From a virus: DNA of 64,000 nt. Positions 11,601 to 20,408 of the stretch are shown here, piece after piece. The notes beneath the pieces were generated by a model, which did not search any database, had not been told where the DNA came from, and saw only the letters and a program-made list of their open reading frames with translations. Position 1 is the stretch's first letter. The number at the start of each line of letters is the position of its first letter. The position numbers were made by a program, and so were the translations under genes. Where the stretch lies: IMG/VR virus record IMGVR_UViG_3300022074_000002. One strand, written 5' to 3'.

Positions 11601-14600
11601 TTCTCTGCACAGTTAACATTTGATGATGGTACTGGTGGTGGAATGGACTTGACCGATTTGTCTACTGGTAATCCAGTATCTACTGGTGCTCTTCTTGGTA
11701 AGAGTATTAAATTACATAGACCATCTATTGTTAACTCCTCATCACACACTTGGGAATTTGCTGGATCAGGTACTAACTACCTAGCACTACCTGAGAACGG
11801 TGGTACTAAGATTGAAGCATACGAACAGGTTTCTGAACTATATGGTCGTGTATATGTCTCTGGTACTGACGAACTTGGAGACTTCAAGGTTGGTACATTT
11901 GCTAGAATTGAAAACAGAACTGGTGCGATTACCTTTACTGGTACGGTTACAATCTCTGAAGTTGAATTCTTGAAACTAAAAGGTGGTGACGTTGTTGTTA
12001 CTGGTTTTGATGCATCTAACACATTGGGTGGTGCTAACGCTACTGACTCTAAACTACCTACTCAGAAAGCAGTTAGAGACTACATCACTAACTCCTTAGG
12101 ACCTTACATCAACAAACCATACTCTACTAACGCTGTTCCTAGAGCACTGGTTGAATTGACTGACTCTGGTAAGATATCTGTTGACCAGATTCCAGCACTT
12201 AGACCTTTCAGTGTATTTACTGTTCCTGATCAAGCATCAAGAACTTCTCTAGAAGGAGCACTTGCTGGTGACATCGCAATCCAACAGGATACATCACAGT
12301 CATTTATTCTAAACAATGACCTTGAGAGTTTATTCTTAGGATTTACAGTAGACACTAATTTAGCATTTACAATTGGAGATATCTTCGAGGGTAGTATATC
12401 TGGTGGTCGTATACAGGCAACAGAATATAGACAAGGTGTTGTATTCAGAGTTAATATCTCTAACGGTGGTTCTGGATACACTGTTGCACCAACTGTTAGT
12501 TTCTCAGGTGGTAACCCTGCAGCTGGTGCTGTGTCAGCAGCAGCAACTTGTACAATTGCAAACGGTCAAGTTGTTACTGTAACTATCCAGACGTTTAATG
12601 GATTTAAAGGTGGTAAAGGATATACCACACAACCTACTGTTACATTCTCTGCTCCTCCAGGTGCTGGTCAACAAGCACAGGGTAATCCTTTAATTGAAAG
12701 TAGATTATATGGTAGCATCGTTAACAATATTAAGATTGAAGATACTGATACTGTTAATGACAGCACAACACCAAGTGCAAATACAGTTAATATTAATAGA
12801 ACTATTAACACATCTTCATTCAATGTTAACAACTGGGTATCTCTATCATCTAACCAGATTGCTGCATCAGATATTACATCAGGTGTTATTGAAACAGATA
12901 GATTAGCATCAGGTGGTGCTGCTAACTCATTCACATTCTTAAGAGGTGACCAGAACTTTGCATTAGCAGTTCAGTCTATCAAAGGTGCTGAGACAAGATA
13001 CTTTGCTAAACTGGTATCACAGGTTAATACTGGATCATCATCTATGATCTTTAGCACGAACTCTGACGTTCTTATTGGTCACGATGTTCTTTCTGGTGTT
13101 GCTGGAATACAAAACAATACAAGTATTACTGGTGTTATTACTGCTGCTGGTTTAACAACTATATCATTAAATAATCCAGTTACTCAAAACATTCCATTAG
13201 GAACAATCATTGAGTTTGAGCGTGGTGAATCACCAATGACATTTGAGTCTACCTTCACACAGGGTGGATTTGTTGATGATGTCATCATCGCAAACGGCGG
13301 ATCAGGATTTACAAACGGACAATACTTTGATCAATCTCTAACAGGTGGTACAGGAACAGGATTAAAAGCAAACATTGTTGTTGCTGGTAACGCTGTTACA
13401 GAAATGACTGTTACTGATGGTGGTACTGGATACAATGCTGACTTCTCAATTACAGTTGCACCTTCAGCACTTGGTGGTGGATCTAGTTTAGTATTAAATG
13501 CTAAAGTAAGTACAGTTAATAGACAGTATGCAAACGTTTCTCTTGACATTAACAGAGTTACTGACCTAACAATTTCTGCTGACCTTTACGGAACAATTGG
13601 TGTTTCCAGATATAAGAAAGCACAATTTAATATTGGTCAGGCAGGAAACGGATCTGTTGAACTTAAGACTGGTGCTGACAGTGGACTTGATGCTGACTTA
13701 TTAGATGGACAGCAAGGTAATTACTATACCAATGCAAATCACTTGTTCGCTGGACAAGTTCCACAAGACAGATTGGGTGGTATATATGGTATTGACATTA
13801 GTGGATCTTCTGCTAACACAATTAGATTACAGTCTGGTACTAACAACCCAACCTCTAATCCAAATCCAAACAGTTTTGTTGAAGGTGTTATTTCTAATAC
13901 AGTATTCAACAGTTCTAATGGATTGGGAACTGCATATCCTTCAGTTAATACAGGTATTGGAACTGGAACATCTACCAAGCACTTAGTTCTAACCATAAGA
14001 AATGGTGCTGCTGGTTTTGACGCATCGTTTGGTGGTGTAAGACAACTTGCATTTGCTAATGATGACAATATGTACCTTCGTGGTTCTGGTAACGGAGTCA
14101 GCACATGGAACTCATGGGCGAAGGTATGGACATCATTAAGTGATGGTGTTGATTCTGGAATGGATGCTGACAGACTAGACAACAGACAAGGTAATTGGTA
14201 TCAGGATGCATTAAACATTAACTACGGAACATTATCTGATAATAGACTTCCTAGATTTATTAGTGAAACTAAGTTTAGAGATAAGATCACAATCAAAGCG
14301 TTTGCTGGTGATCCTAAGTTTAGAATATATGTCTCAGGTCAAATACTTAATCAGGCACCATTTATACCTGGCGATCCTAACAACCCATCTGTAAACCTTT
14401 ACAATGCTAACGCACAGGGTGTTGGTAGTTTTGTTATCGACAACGTTGTTACCAATGATGATGTTAATGATAACTTTAATGACTACACAATCCTAATTGG
14501 TAGACTTACATCTGGTAACTTTGCTGGTGCTCTAACAGTTGGTACTGCATCTAACAGAGTAGAGTTTGATGACTTTACTATTGAAGATGGTAACACACTA

Positions 14601-16100
14601 GAAGTTTGTAACTTACATAGTGATGGCGGTGTTGGACAGTTACAATTAGGTAGAAAAGATGGTAACGCAACTACACCTAGAATATTATTCAATTCATCTC
14701 AGCTCGCTTCTAGTTACAACGCTAAGATAGAAGCATCAGGTGGTAATGCATCTGCAGGATCTGGTTCTCTTAACGTTGATGTTGTAAATGCTGACGGATT
14801 TACAATTAAGAACCAAGTTGTTTGGAACCAAGGTAACATACAATTCTCAAGTTCTAACACACCAAACTATGCTGTACAACGTGATGGATCTGGTAACTTC
14901 TCTGCTGGAACAATCACAGCAAACTTAGTTGGTTCTGCATCACTTAACGTATTGAAGACTGGTGATACAATGACTGGTTCATTGAACATCACTGGTGGTA
15001 GTTCAACACTTACAGTTGCTGGTACTACAAATCTCAATAGCATAGTTAACATTGCAAATGATCTTAGTGTTGATAGTGGTGTATTATTTGTTGATGTATC
15101 CGCTAATGAGGTCGGAATAAACACTACATCTCCAGCTGCTCCTCTAGACGTTAGAGGTGATGGCGGTGTCATGATCCGCAGTACTACCAACAATGTTGGT
15201 GTAGGAATTAGATTCAGTGATCAAACTAGCGGATTTACTCAGCAAGGTAGATTCTTCTATCAGCATGGTGATGCTACTACTGGTTTTGGTTCTTACAACG
15301 AACAGTTCCAAGTTGAAGGTACAGAAACATTATTAGGTTTCAGAGTAGTTGGTGATATCCATGCATCCAGAAGAATGGGTGTTGGTATAAATCGTTTACC
15401 AAATTTCACATTTGAAGTTGGTGGAACTGGAATGTTCTCAGGTGCTCTTACTATTGACAGTGCTAATGATAACTCTGGTGCACCATTATACTTCTTAGGT
15501 TCTAACTCACAAAGGAACTTTAGAATTGGTAACCAGATTGGTCACAGTAATGCGTTTGAAATAACACCATCTACAAACAATGGTGGTCAGAACTGGGATG
15601 GCACTCCTGCAATTTATGTAAGAGGTGACAGAAGAGTTGGTATCAATACATCAGCAATATCTGGTGTTGACTCTGAATCAAACACAACTAGAAGTTACTA
15701 CTTGAATGTTCAAGGTGACATGAACATCAATGGTCAGTTGTTCCAGAATAACTCTGAATTCGTAACATCTAGATGGACAGAAGCATCTAACAATCTAGAT
15801 ATTTACAGACTATCCAGAGTTGGAATCAAGAAACAAGATCCTACATATGATCTACATGTTCTTGGTGGAGTTAACATTGAAGGTTCCACATTTAGTGGTG
15901 GACAGAACACATCTGTTCTTTATGCTAACGGTGTTAAGCAGTGGATTGACTCTTATGGAATATTCAAGGCAAACTCAAATACAGTTTCTGAAAACGTAAC
16001 TGTACCAGCAAATGTCAACTGTGTAAGTGCAGGACCTATCACTATTGCTAACGGTTATACAGTGACTATAAATAATAGTGGTAACTGGGCTATTGTATAA
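5685..16100 (+). CDS. Giant tail fibre / receptor-binding structural protein (3471 aa)
   Basis: Contains GSGY repeats, a CBM-like module, a pectin-lyase-like beta-helix start (GGRIYVS..GSDLNDGRS..PVRSIKKA), Cys-containing helical repeats, beta-sandwich repeats, fibre-shaft motifs (DADLLDGQQG, DADRLDNRQG, VGINT..P.A.LDV.G) and a C-terminal 'SAGPITI..G.TVT...GNWAIV' end typical of cyanophage fibres. Confidence 0.85.
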   Translation: MAIHINSDKEKFRGVNPKLIGDNELTIRSGTGSDEKEILRTQLDASTGLPRVGINRTGQRVNDVQIDSGGSGYISPPTVTIAAPPGGGVQAQGSAFIFNGQVVSVAVNEPGNGYTTAPLVTLSGGGGVGAAATAVLDTVDFELDINGAIRTSTSIISDTARILNLDIDNFVTPNAAFRAPSLKTFVNNSGTLWSPNIILQTNAYRYFGANVYQALNSGQTGSDAPVHTDGEALNGEVNFKHIGFRVVDTNAYGYSATGPAGEFPKSITPLLGDRSDKIATTEYVLNLATNDVGGRIYVSQQIGSDLNDGRSAVNPVRSIKKAAQLAWSTPGVKETIIVSGGDYVEDNPISLPPDASVVGDNLRLVIIRPANPQKHIFKFGDKNYVIGVTYRDKIDSNGDAVATWDFAMVFDDKQRVIIDKEANGDSGTSWPIGHQIFGPQQFRVGFQDNTGLANLTTGLQVVGVNTGARADIIAVAFAQTTGASAYVAGNIDVKLVSGSFVEGEQFNYVVSVQTGAQQSLNTSGTTAANKITYTQDPTSAIPAGTYVYLSDAGNAAFTASTGYYEVALIEPNDINTPTAWEVTFIPLLGSTGWNNVFTAQIETFTGNATVNTLNTNSLQSIRAEGEVVSVDEDYVTSLPIARIDFSLQGDASIAQDGFQSAQFGNAEDLGGIVFYTNALVGRNNTHEFKDGQEILIEGLPTSNPDLSVLNGKQRIYKVIEDADGRCRRFVIPKKMPAITDANLDPGQFAIVKTFSKSITLTLLNSPNTFPISTPVERRFQDACTFLRNNREFIAEEVLGEVNNQFARYHYSVYDIGAGGGNDFKIFVGLTGQEHTYVSGGTVTFGGSTVNVTNFVYDNIVTGNATVTTASPIAGLAEDDVIKLEGMTLSCSAGNKVYPAYSAYSASGDDGDTQCKQDVVHFINALIRDLEFGTNHNVLEGSQKYIVGGKITYIDDEIIENVRAIEYARQLAIYCINNWRTGTGTPTEPIYTPKYSSLPRYFDDTVVTSTALLNADGSSNGSGNACNDVTSAIDTLSFLWNDVIANNASGTYLDAAYLISRNKVLIADQALRDTEAYFPFLNLDDTSERKCRRDVRKILDGLIRDLVLGGNDGILTAAESYFTGTQLTGVQEAQRAPTLYAVGRAKLYAIAAMRNWTDGNVLEVTPSNATYNSTSGELTVSFPAPLIDVSIGDRIAFKEEALNFSCTYNGTTANHPGPAKTDPSYGKSFNISNLVSNGVTTTITCNVGDAGPAAGVAHTYTGSVTNGTIIIYNPTQLSSPIPKFEDWNILLDATSSAASNILSPTNATYEPGTGLLELTVPSGHNVSTSNEVRIAPDSLTMTCAMDNNITEHKYPQEGQPAFGNNRPVTAVTATTITVDVGTAGANLTFTPTDATYDPSTGLLVLTIGSHSLTVGEGVVIASDSLTFTCAMDGNQSQKTYPRASTDYAAERSLPIAAVTAETITVDVGTAGANRTFTATDATYTPSTGVMELTVGQHGLGVGKGIVILDNSLTFTCAQDGNATNHSYPRSTDPASGTSRTITAVGETQHTITNAPYDPATGIITVTISNHNFSNGDYIKLDDDSLTYTCTLDSNASNHTYPRATDRVSGRWLAISNVTQNTFEINVGANSEGGAHTFVSASSNGLKRQTGTLTVNVGTSSNTTNHTFVSATTNGITHSPTTTHTFVSAAADAVSHQPSAVHTFKRMDANSVSVYAAGAAPLCAGVATSINTIMSTLTDVLDGTTSAGSTARTYGTLFDASLLFTYPDSFLYDEFNKRVSIRGNYDDYPIIEASPYTQNASVISFLGGGGALVDGSKVKQPNCPFPGLELDGTASFPNQGKSMVASAFTIVSFGGTGYKVINDGYTQLVSVFVIFCQDGVLAESGGYCSITNSATNFGTFALRGVGYREECYTFDQGIVSNVSATPTGRTILTISGLGREPLEHYVGKIDGYRNTNVNIEYFVDVVAAVTVGPPFSAQLTFDDGTGGGMDLTDLSTGNPVSTGALLGKSIKLHRPSIVNSSSHTWEFAGSGTNYLALPENGGTKIEAYEQVSELYGRVYVSGTDELGDFKVGTFARIENRTGAITFTGTVTISEVEFLKLKGGDVVVTGFDASNTLGGANATDSKLPTQKAVRDYITNSLGPYINKPYSTNAVPRALVELTDSGKISVDQIPALRPFSVFTVPDQASRTSLEGALAGDIAIQQDTSQSFILNNDLESLFLGFTVDTNLAFTIGDIFEGSISGGRIQATEYRQGVVFRVNISNGGSGYTVAPTVSFSGGNPAAGAVSAAATCTIANGQVVTVTIQTFNGFKGGKGYTTQPTVTFSAPPGAGQQAQGNPLIESRLYGSIVNNIKIEDTDTVNDSTTPSANTVNINRTINTSSFNVNNWVSLSSNQIAASDITSGVIETDRLASGGAANSFTFLRGDQNFALAVQSIKGAETRYFAKLVSQVNTGSSSMIFSTNSDVLIGHDVLSGVAGIQNNTSITGVITAAGLTTISLNNPVTQNIPLGTIIEFERGESPMTFESTFTQGGFVDDVIIANGGSGFTNGQYFDQSLTGGTGTGLKANIVVAGNAVTEMTVTDGGTGYNADFSITVAPSALGGGSSLVLNAKVSTVNRQYANVSLDINRVTDLTISADLYGTIGVSRYKKAQFNIGQAGNGSVELKTGADSGLDADLLDGQQGNYYTNANHLFAGQVPQDRLGGIYGIDISGSSANTIRLQSGTNNPTSNPNPNSFVEGVISNTVFNSSNGLGTAYPSVNTGIGTGTSTKHLVLTIRNGAAGFDASFGGVRQLAFANDDNMYLRGSGNGVSTWNSWAKVWTSLSDGVDSGMDADRLDNRQGNWYQDALNINYGTLSDNRLPRFISETKFRDKITIKAFAGDPKFRIYVSGQILNQAPFIPGDPNNPSVNLYNANAQGVGSFVIDNVVTNDDVNDNFNDYTILIGRLTSGNFAGALTVGTASNRVEFDDFTIEDGNTLEVCNLHSDGGVGQLQLGRKDGNATTPRILFNSSQLASSYNAKIEASGGNASAGSGSLNVDVVNADGFTIKNQVVWNQGNIQFSSSNTPNYAVQRDGSGNFSAGTITANLVGSASLNVLKTGDTMTGSLNITGGSSTLTVAGTTNLNSIVNIANDLSVDSGVLFVDVSANEVGINTTSPAAPLDVRGDGGVMIRSTTNNVGVGIRFSDQTSGFTQQGRFFYQHGDATTGFGSYNEQFQVEGTETLLGFRVVGDIHASRRMGVGINRLPNFTFEVGGTGMFSGALTIDSANDNSGAPLYFLGSNSQRNFRIGNQIGHSNAFEITPSTNNGGQNWDGTPAIYVRGDRRVGINTSAISGVDSESNTTRSYYLNVQGDMNINGQLFQNNSEFVTSRWTEASNNLDIYRLSRVGIKKQDPTYDLHVLGGVNIEGSTFSGGQNTSVLYANGVKQWIDSYGIFKANSNTVSENVTVPANVNCVSAGPITIANGYTVTINNSGNWAIV
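9591..10812 (+). repeat. Four ~87-aa coding repeats (ATYxPxTG...SLTFTC..D...YPR...TITVxVG) followed by four HTFVSA-type closing strands
   Basis: Repeat starts at 9591, 9852, 10113 and 10332 (spacing 261, 261, 219 nt). HTF(V/K) motifs at 10584, 10674, 10728 and 10782. Confidence 0.85.
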
Positions 16101-16112
16101 AGGAATCAAAAG

Positions 16113-16868
16113 ATGGCAGGTATTTTAAAAGTAGACCAGATCCAAAACACCGCTGGTGTTCAAATAATGGATCTGCAAAACGACAACTTGAGAATATGGA
16201 ATGGAAGTAGTTATGAACCTATGGCGACACCTGGTGCTTTGATAAGCATTCAAACATTTACTTCTCAAGATGGTACATGGAACTCTAAGTCAACCTCTGG
16301 TGGATCAGGAACTTGGACTAAACCAACTGGTTGTGCTCATGTTCTTGTCTATTGTACAGGTGGTGGCGGTGGAGCAAGAGTTAATGACAACTCTTACCGT
16401 GGTGCTGGTGGAGGTGGAGGTGGAACTGCTATCAAATATATTGATGTATCTACTGTAAACTCTGTAAACTACAGTTATGGTGGTGGTGGAGGTTATGCTC
16501 GTAACGGTGGTAGAGGTGGAACTGGAGGAACTTCATCCTTTGGTTCTTATGTAACTGCGACTGGTGGACAAGGTGGTCAGACTGATAACCCATATCAGGG
16601 AGGACCTGGTGGAAACGCTTCTGGTGGCGACATTAATTTACCTGGCGGTGGTGGTGAAATGGCACACGGAGCAGATAGAGAAGGTGGTTCTGGATCCAGT
16701 TTCTGGCACAAAGCTGGTGGTTCACATCACTATGCCAATAACCAAGAAGAGATTACTCATGGTCAGTGGGGATCTGGAGGCGGTTATGGTTACTATTCAC
16801 AAAACAGTTTTGCATATGGCAACTCCTATGGTGGTGCAGGATGCGTTATCGTTTATAATTACACATAA
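16113..16868 (+). CDS. Glycine-rich fibre-tip adhesin-like protein
   Basis: N-terminal 'MAGILKVDQIQ' fibre-associated motif, then about ten poly-Gly tracts separated by aromatic/polar loops; directly downstream of the giant fibre. Confidence 0.65.
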   Translation: MAGILKVDQIQNTAGVQIMDLQNDNLRIWNGSSYEPMATPGALISIQTFTSQDGTWNSKSTSGGSGTWTKPTGCAHVLVYCTGGGGGARVNDNSYRGAGGGGGGTAIKYIDVSTVNSVNYSYGGGGGYARNGGRGGTGGTSSFGSYVTATGGQGGQTDNPYQGGPGGNASGGDINLPGGGGEMAHGADREGGSGSSFWHKAGGSHHYANNQEEITHGQWGSGGGYGYYSQNSFAYGNSYGGAGCVIVYNYT

Positions 16869-16870
16869 TC

Positions 16871-17224
16871 ATGTATCAGTCACTAATCAATAAATACAAC
16901 GGAGAAGTTGTACAAATACTAAAAGGTGGTTCAGATGTAAGATTTGAAGTCCACGAAGATTTTATATGGGCAGACGGTCCTTATGAAATTGATGAAAAAC
17001 TTGGAGCAATTGACTACCACTATGATAGTGGTATTGGACAAGTTAAGAAAAAAGAATTACCAGAACCTCCATACGATCTTGCAAGAAGAGCAAATTTTAA
17101 TGTTTATGCAGATCAATTGGATATGCTTTGGCATGACATTGATGAGGGTCGTATACCAGGTAAAGAAACATCACTTTGGTATGCACATGTGAAGGATGTA
17201 AAAGAACAACATCCAAAACCATAA
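16871..17224 (+). CDS. Putative tail-fibre assembly chaperone
   Basis: C-terminal 'RR....ADQLDMLWHDID.G.....WY..VK.VK..HPKP' motif typical of small genes that follow phage fibre genes. Confidence 0.55.
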   Translation: MYQSLINKYNGEVVQILKGGSDVRFEVHEDFIWADGPYEIDEKLGAIDYHYDSGIGQVKKKELPEPPYDLARRANFNVYADQLDMLWHDIDEGRIPGKETSLWYAHVKDVKEQHPKP

Positions 17225-17227
17225 ATA
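17220..17227 (+). promoter_or_regulatory. T4-type late promoter (CATAAATA)
   Basis: One mismatch to TATAAATA, 25 nt upstream of the ATG at 17252. Confidence 0.6.
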
Positions 17228-17251
17228 AACTTATAGGAAAGTAGTGTAACC

Positions 17252-18538
17252 ATGTCTCAGTTAACAGTTGGAACAGTTTTAACAGGTAATGCGAGTTTAA
17301 CGACGCAAGGTCTTAAGCTGCCATCTTTTACAAACTCGAATAGACCAGGATCACCAAACGTAGGTCAATTAATCTTCAATACATCTGAAGGTAAGGCACA
17401 AATTTGGAATGGATCTGATTGGGACGAAGTTGGTGGTGGTATTCCAGAACCAGCTGATGTAACTAGAGGTTCGTATCTAGTATCTGATGGTAGTAACGGT
17501 GTTTTCTGGGCGTATCCTGGTCAAACAGTTGCGTCTGCACCTTTAACAGGATTCAGATATAGAAGTTTGATAACACACGGTTATCTGGTGGCGGGGTATA
17601 AAGGATCTAATCCTTGGAGAACGGTTAATAAAACATGGCATGCAAATGATATTACTTTCTATTGTGGAGAACAATTAACTAGAGCACTTACTTACGCTGA
17701 CTGTACATGGAGTGATTACTTCGGTTATGGTCATGGTTGCATTAACGCATTCACGGGATCTTCCAACTTTACAGATTCGATCAACCTACACACAGGTATG
17801 AGACGAATGTTTGGTACTACTGGATCAAACCCAGGCGGTGGTACTTACTCTCCAACCTCACCATATGGTTGGGAAGGAGACGATCCTAGAGGAGTCATGG
17901 GATATACAACTGTTGGTGGTTGGAATATGCCAGTTAACCGAGATAGAAACTCAACTGCTACTGCACAGGTACAACAGTTTGGTTATAACTTAGGTGGAGG
18001 TAACTCTGCTGTAGGTAAACTTCACTACTCATCTGAGATCATGTATCAGGTAGGTAACTCACCATCTGGTAGTGACCACACTGCATCTTGTGGTGATGAG
18101 AATAGATCTTGGGTATCCTTCCGTGGTAGTAGATACTACGTCGATCATTCCAACGATAATTGGTCTGGTTGGTCTTCCAACATGGCACCTGACGGAGTTT
18201 GTAAACCACTTCCTTCTAAGTGGGGTCACTTCTATTGTGGTACTGGTAACAATGTTACATCACCTTGGACTAAATACAGTGGATCATCTGGAGCTGGTCT
18301 TAAGAACGGAACTAAGGTTCGTGCTTATGGTGAAGAAAATATGATGATGGGTCAAGACAAAGGATACATGATGGGACAATACGACGGACAGCAGAACAAC
18401 CATACTACTAAATGGGATTACTCTACTGACGTTGAAACAAACATGCCAGCTGCTACTAGACCAAAAGGACATTATGGAACATCATCTGGTGGTTGCTGTT
18501 CAGCATCCGCTTCTGTAACTGCTAAACGAGCACAATAA
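17252..18538 (+). CDS. Virion structural / short fibre protein (428 aa)
   Basis: N-terminal 'LKLPSFT...RP.SP.VGQLIFNT..GKAQIWNG..W' fibre-base motif shared with the giant protein; C-terminal G/Y/W-rich repeats (GY..GG/AG) suggest a beta-propeller-like head. Confidence 0.6.
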   Translation: MSQLTVGTVLTGNASLTTQGLKLPSFTNSNRPGSPNVGQLIFNTSEGKAQIWNGSDWDEVGGGIPEPADVTRGSYLVSDGSNGVFWAYPGQTVASAPLTGFRYRSLITHGYLVAGYKGSNPWRTVNKTWHANDITFYCGEQLTRALTYADCTWSDYFGYGHGCINAFTGSSNFTDSINLHTGMRRMFGTTGSNPGGGTYSPTSPYGWEGDDPRGVMGYTTVGGWNMPVNRDRNSTATAQVQQFGYNLGGGNSAVGKLHYSSEIMYQVGNSPSGSDHTASCGDENRSWVSFRGSRYYVDHSNDNWSGWSSNMAPDGVCKPLPSKWGHFYCGTGNNVTSPWTKYSGSSGAGLKNGTKVRAYGEENMMMGQDKGYMMGQYDGQQNNHTTKWDYSTDVETNMPAATRPKGHYGTSSGGCCSASASVTAKRAQ

Positions 18539-19347
18539 TGAGATACTTAATCGTCAACGAAAAAGAAATCAATCCAGAACAGTTTGTCAACATGGCAAGT
18601 GCTGGAGATACCAGACTGCACTACAGCGAAATGTTTTCGTTGATGCACTTCTCATGTGTAGAGGTCAGTGAAACAGTTTTCCAAACTATATCTAAAGAAT
18701 GGGAACACAAATACTTAGAGGTCACAAAAGCACAAGCGTATAACGGATCAAACTTCTTCTCAGAAATTAGACCATATGGTAAAGTTGCTGCATCAGTTGA
18801 TTCATCTGGTTATGCATGGACTCCTGCTAACCCAGTTTTAAAAGTTCCTATCGAACTTACAGATGCAATTAAAAAAGAAGTTATAGACTTCATGGTATAT
18901 TTTGCAAAAGAAATTATTGAAGATGAATTTAACACACGTCTTAAAAATCTTAAGAACACCACAGATCTAGAAGTAGCATCTTGGGAGATTCAAAAGCACG
19001 AAGCAAGAGAATGGTTAACGAATAAAGGACTAGGTGGTAGTAAAACTCCTTTCTTAGACTACCTATCTGCTGAAAGACATATTGACAAAGATACTCTTTC
19101 AAATAAGATACTTACAAATGCAGAAGCATGGGAAGATAAACTATCTACAATGCTAGTACAATACCAAACATTGATAAAGAAATTTGAAAATTGCACTTCT
19201 GTATGGGATATAAATATATTATATGAAGATCACATTGGTATCATGTTGCCTCAAAAGCAAGCAATTGAGATGGGCAGAACAATATCTGATACTGACTGGG
19301 ATCGTAAACCAGAGTATGAGGTAGAACCCTATGTCTTTAAATTCTGA
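18538..19347 (+). CDS. Putative tail-fibre assembly protein
   Basis: 'SWEIQKHEAREW...TPFLDYLS.ER.IDK..L..KIL.NAE.W' resembles phage fibre-assembly chaperone motifs; coupled to the upstream gene by TAATG. Confidence 0.45.
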   Translation: MRYLIVNEKEINPEQFVNMASAGDTRLHYSEMFSLMHFSCVEVSETVFQTISKEWEHKYLEVTKAQAYNGSNFFSEIRPYGKVAASVDSSGYAWTPANPVLKVPIELTDAIKKEVIDFMVYFAKEIIEDEFNTRLKNLKNTTDLEVASWEIQKHEAREWLTNKGLGGSKTPFLDYLSAERHIDKDTLSNKILTNAEAWEDKLSTMLVQYQTLIKKFENCTSVWDINILYEDHIGIMLPQKQAIEMGRTISDTDWDRKPEYEVEPYVFKF

Positions 19348-20167
19348 CGCTAACTTTTCAGATATTATTGCAGACGTTAAAAATATAATAAGTTCAGATA
19401 CAAACGAAATACATTTAGCAAAGTCATTTGTAGATGAGTTCGCACTCACCAAGAAAGACTTTGATACTTTGTCTGCTTCTATGCGATTTGATAGTGGCAT
19501 GACAGAGTATGAGTGTGAGCATTTTGTTGCTGACCCACAATTAACTCCATGGAGAAAAGTCCGTCAAGCACTGATGGAACTTGAAACTAGGTATCATGCA
19601 TACATGGAGAATAGAAATAGTCTTAGAAAGGCAGAGATTCTTAGAAAAAGATTGAGTAGGGACATGCCATTGCTTCCTGACGAACTTGATAGAGAGTTGA
19701 TGCAAATTGATATGGAAAAAAATGATTATGATATTGGTATTTGGAAAAGGAAACTCAGGCAATCTGAACTAGAGTTAAAGTATTTCTTAAATATTGTTGA
19801 CAAGTATGTTGACGACGAGCATCCTTTAGAGTATTATTGTGCTGAACAACCACATGAAATAAGAGTATATTGGATTGCTCGTATGGGCAAGCAAGCAGCA
19901 ATGGACATCATTTCTTATGGTAGAATTGGTTCTGGTAACATGACTACAATTATGGATATGCCAGAGGAAGATCAAGTAGAAACACTTGGTGTTGCTGTTA
20001 AGTATTCTGGTATGATTGGTGGTGGTATTGACAAACTAAATAAAATGATCGCACCGCAACTGCAACATCAGTTAGCACAGGAAGGTATAGTAATGCCTAA
20101 ACTGTTAGATCATAAATATAGTGGACAGGGTGAAAACCAATACAAATTACAAGAGGAAAATGGATAG
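19331..20167 (+). CDS. Hypothetical coiled-coil protein (278 aa)
   Basis: Long ORF with phage-like composition and a charged helical centre, overlapping both neighbours. Confidence 0.7.
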   Translation: MSLNSDANFSDIIADVKNIISSDTNEIHLAKSFVDEFALTKKDFDTLSASMRFDSGMTEYECEHFVADPQLTPWRKVRQALMELETRYHAYMENRNSLRKAEILRKRLSRDMPLLPDELDRELMQIDMEKNDYDIGIWKRKLRQSELELKYFLNIVDKYVDDEHPLEYYCAEQPHEIRVYWIARMGKQAAMDIISYGRIGSGNMTTIMDMPEEDQVETLGVAVKYSGMIGGGIDKLNKMIAPQLQHQLAQEGIVMPKLLDHKYSGQGENQYKLQEENG

Positions 20168-20408
20168 ATTTTTTAATCCAACAAGTAGACATCTTGATCT
20201 ATTGCCTGTAATTCATCACGCTATATGGCAAAGGTATGAATTAGGGGATACAAGTGGCGACACTATTACATACCCAACATTAAATGAAGAAAAGTTGGAA
20301 CAATTAGCAGAAGTACACAAGGGTATCTTAGTAGATAAACCTGGTGAAGAACATTTATATATGGAAGCAGTGATCGTAGATTATGGCAAGTTTCTCGCTA
20401 CCTCTTAA
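20160..20408 (+). CDS. Hypothetical protein (82 aa)
   Basis: ATG at 20160 follows an AGAGG SD-like sequence; fills the gap in a tightly packed operon. Confidence 0.6.
   Translation: MDRFFNPTSRHLDLLPVIHHAIWQRYELGDTSGDTITYPTLNEEKLEQLAEVHKGILVDKPGEEHLYMEAVIVDYGKFLATS

Noticed and set aside
1375-15193. Numerous 60-150-aa alternative-frame and minus-strand ORFs inside the two giant genes (e.g. 13739..14182, 14867..15193)
   Set aside because: Shadow ORFs produced by the strong codon bias of the real frame; no RBS or recognisable motifs, and they lie fully within long coding sequences.
16113-16868. Collagen-like substrate for the prolyl-hydroxylase-like enzymes
   Set aside because: The protein has poly-Gly tracts, not Gly-X-Y triplets with Pro, so the simple collagen-hydroxylation model is unsupported.
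16885-16895. ATAAATA late-promoter-like match, and TTGACA matches at ~19797 and ~21452
   Set aside because: They lie inside coding regions, and the TTGACA hits have no properly spaced -10 box; expected by chance in AT-rich DNA.
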